IMG/VR virus record: IMGVR_UViG_2061766007_000300
Source: an uncultured virus (IMG/VR IMGVR_UViG_2061766007_000300)
Lineage: Duplodnaviria; Heunggongvirae; Uroviricota; Caudoviricetes
Length of the DNA: 42,220 nucleotides
Strand: one strand, 5' to 3'
Shown: one piece after another, positions 40,467 to 42,220 of the stretch
Numbering within the stretch: the stretch's first letter is position 1
Layout: each line of letters starts with the position of its first letter
Translations under genes and position numbers: made by a program
Notes under the pieces: generated by a model
The model's database searches: none
Told to the model about the DNA's origin: nothing
What the model saw: only the letters and a program-made list of their open reading frames with translations

Positions 40467-40550
40467 AAATTTTTAAAAATGGTCCAAATTTTTATACTCT
40501 TTTTATTATTTTTTTACTTATAATTAGAAGAAAATAATAAGGAGTTTTTT

Positions 40551-41294
40551 ATGATAGGAATTTATAAAATAGAGAACTTAGTAAATCATAAATTATATGT
40601 TGGGCAAAGTATTGACATAGAAGAAAGATATAAATAGCATATTTATAAAGCTTTTAATAATAATGAACGAGCATACAATTCAGCAATTCACCAAGCTTTT
40701 AGAAAATATGGAATCGAAAATTTTAAATTAGAAGTGATTGAATAGTGTAATATTGATGAATTAGATGAAAAAGAGATATATTGGATTAAATAGTTAGATA
40801 CTATTTCTCCTAATGGATATAATATATCATTAGGCGGCCAATTTAATAAAGCTTCTAATAAAAGATTTTGTCCCTTATGCGGTGAAGTTATGACTAAAGG
40901 AGCAGATTTGTGCTTAAATTGCTATTTAAAAGAAAAGTCTAAACATCTACCAAGCGCTGAAGAATTAAAAGAAAAATTAATAGAATATAATGGTAATTTT
41001 ACTCAAGTTGGTAAATTATATGGCGTAATAGATAATTCAGTTAGAAAGTGGTGTAAAAAATACGGTATGCCGTATCATAGTAGCGATTATAAAGTAAAGC
41101 CACAAAAAAAACCAAATAAAATTCCAGTAGATTAGTTAGATCCAAATACCGGAGATATAATCCAAACTTTTGAAAGTGCTAATGCTGCTGCGCACTCTTT
41201 GGGGAAAAACCGTGGTAGTCATATAACAGAAGCATGTCAAGGAAAATTTAATATTATTTATGGATATAGATGGTAGTATCATAAAGATTTTTAA
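40551..41294 (+). CDS. GIY-YIG homing endonuclease, code 15
   Basis: MIGIYKIENLVNHKLYVGQS; PNGYNISLGG; 248 codons; late motif at 40515. Confidence 0.88.
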
Positions 41295-41296
41295 TT

Positions 41297-41325
41297 TTGA
41301 CTTTTTCTTAAATTTTTGGTATAAT
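41297..41325 (+). promoter_or_regulatory. Sigma70-type early promoter
   Basis: TTGACT-17-TATAAT with extended TG. Confidence 0.82.
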
Positions 41326-41358
41326 ATATATAGAAAATGAGAAAGGGATAAAAAAAAT

Positions 41359-41547
41359 ATGGCTAAAAGATTTCCTGAAGTTGGCGATGCAATCCATATT
41401 TATCATATGTTCGGAGAGTCTGAATATAATGATACAGAAGGTGTTGTAACTCGTATCGATGATATGGGACAAATTCACGGGACTTGGGGCGGTCTTGCTC
41501 TTGTACCTGGTGATGATTACGAAATCATCGAAGAAGATGAACTATAA
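41359..41547 (+). CDS. DUF4314-like small protein
   Basis: GD.I....M.GE...EGVV..IDDMGQIHGTWGGLALVPGDD. Confidence 0.7.
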   Translation: MAKRFPEVGDAIHIYHMFGESEYNDTEGVVTRIDDMGQIHGTWGGLALVPGDDYEIIEEDEL

Positions 41548-41584
41548 TATATATATAGAAAGTTAAGAGAAAGGGAAAAGTAAT

Positions 41585-41818
41585 ATGAGTCATTACTATA
41601 CTAAAGAGAAGTCTTACGAAGAAGAACTCGAATGGTATCGTAGTCGCATAGAGTTTTATCGTGCGCGGTGGGATAAGTGTTGTAGGCTCGATAAAGAGTA
41701 TTGTAACTATCTTGAGCGCTGGTTTAGTAATGATAGGTGTGATGGTGCGCCGGACTACGAAACAAGAGTTTTGTGGAAGCGTTTGCCGATGGCTTATAAT
41801 ACTTATTGCTTTGAATAA
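41585..41818 (+). CDS. Hypothetical protein
   Basis: 77-aa ORF with AAGGG RBS. Confidence 0.6.
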   Translation: MSHYYTKEKSYEEELEWYRSRIEFYRARWDKCCRLDKEYCNYLERWFSNDRCDGAPDYETRVLWKRLPMAYNTYCFE

Positions 41819-41822
41819 TTTT

Positions 41823-41911
41823 GGCTTCGTGGCTGAGAGGTCGATAGCGGCGCCCTGCTAAGGCGTTGAAGGCTTTGCTTTCCGGTAGTTCGAATCTACC
41901 CGAAGTCGCCA
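41823..41911 (+). tRNA. tRNA-Ser(GCU)
   Basis: GCGCC-CTGCTAA-GGCGT, long variable arm, GCCA end. Confidence 0.93.
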
Positions 41912-41913
41912 AT

Positions 41914-41988
41914 GGTCCCTTCGTCTAATGGCAAGGACGCAAGATTTTCATTCTTGCAATATGGGTTCGACTCCCGTAGGGGCTACCA
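41914..41988 (+). tRNA. tRNA-Glu(UUC)
   Basis: CAAGA-TTTTCAT-TCTTG, ACCA end. Confidence 0.93.
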
Positions 41989-41996
41989 TAATTTAT

Positions 41997-42072
41997 GCCA
42001 AAGTAGCTCAGTTGGTAGAGCAGCGCACTTGTAATGCGCAGGTCAAGAGTCCGAGTCTCTTCTTTGGCTCCA
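41997..42072 (+). tRNA. tRNA-Thr(UGU)
   Basis: GCGCA-CTTGTAA-TGCGC, TCCA end. Confidence 0.93.
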
Positions 42073-42220
42073 AAGTCTGCGGGACTATAAGCCGCTACCA
42101 GGACTATAAGAAATTATAGGTTGGTACTTCCTTAGATAAGATAATAAACTAAGGCGGTCGCGTCGAAACAGCGTATAGTATGGGTGAGCTTATTTAACTA
42201 TTTTGGGAACGATTAATAGT

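Noticed and set aside
489..41294. Widespread pseudogenisation of fragmented ORFs
   Set aside because: The breaks are in-frame TAG at Gln positions and the frames are otherwise intact
38432..42119. Short ORFs overlapping tRNAs (38432..38614, 40115..40309, 41724..41912, 41928..42119)
   Set aside because: They are translations of tRNA genes

Overview
AT-rich segment of a large tailed-phage genome, probably infecting a Bacillota host (inferred from sigmaA-type promoters, BspA-like LRRs and an NlpC/P60 endolysin). TAG is reassigned to Gln (code 15), so the supplied standard-code ORF track fragments many genes. From left to right: a minus-strand DNA-metabolism block (gyrA, gyrB split by a group I intron encoding a GIY-YIG endonuclease, DenV-like glycosylase, UvrD-like helicase, ATP-dependent ligase, free-standing endonucleases); a plus-strand late tail-fibre/adhesin cluster with a glycosyltransferase; a P-loop kinase disrupted by an endonuclease insertion; RNase H; a lysis cassette; a DUF2828/TROVE-like vWA gene; and a tRNA/ncRNA array with GIY-YIG and HNH genes. 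Most striking observations: (1) tRNA-Leu(UAA) and tRNA-Asn(GUU) have anticodon loops interrupted by inserts that are themselves CCA-ending tRNA mimics, and precise removal restores canonical 7-nt loops; (2) three RNAs share an AGAY..AC(A/G)GC(A/G)AAU closing stem, one enclosing a circularly permuted tRNA (YrlA/Y-RNA-like) and one lying in the leader of the DUF2828 gene; (3) an HDV-like theta ribozyme follows a CCA-less tRNA-Gly; (4) the kinase has a duplicated N-terminus with a UAA inside a hairpin loop. Four 10-N scaffold gaps are present; three adjoin divergent duplicates and the fourth lies inside an LRR repeat array. All calls were made by eye, without database searches.
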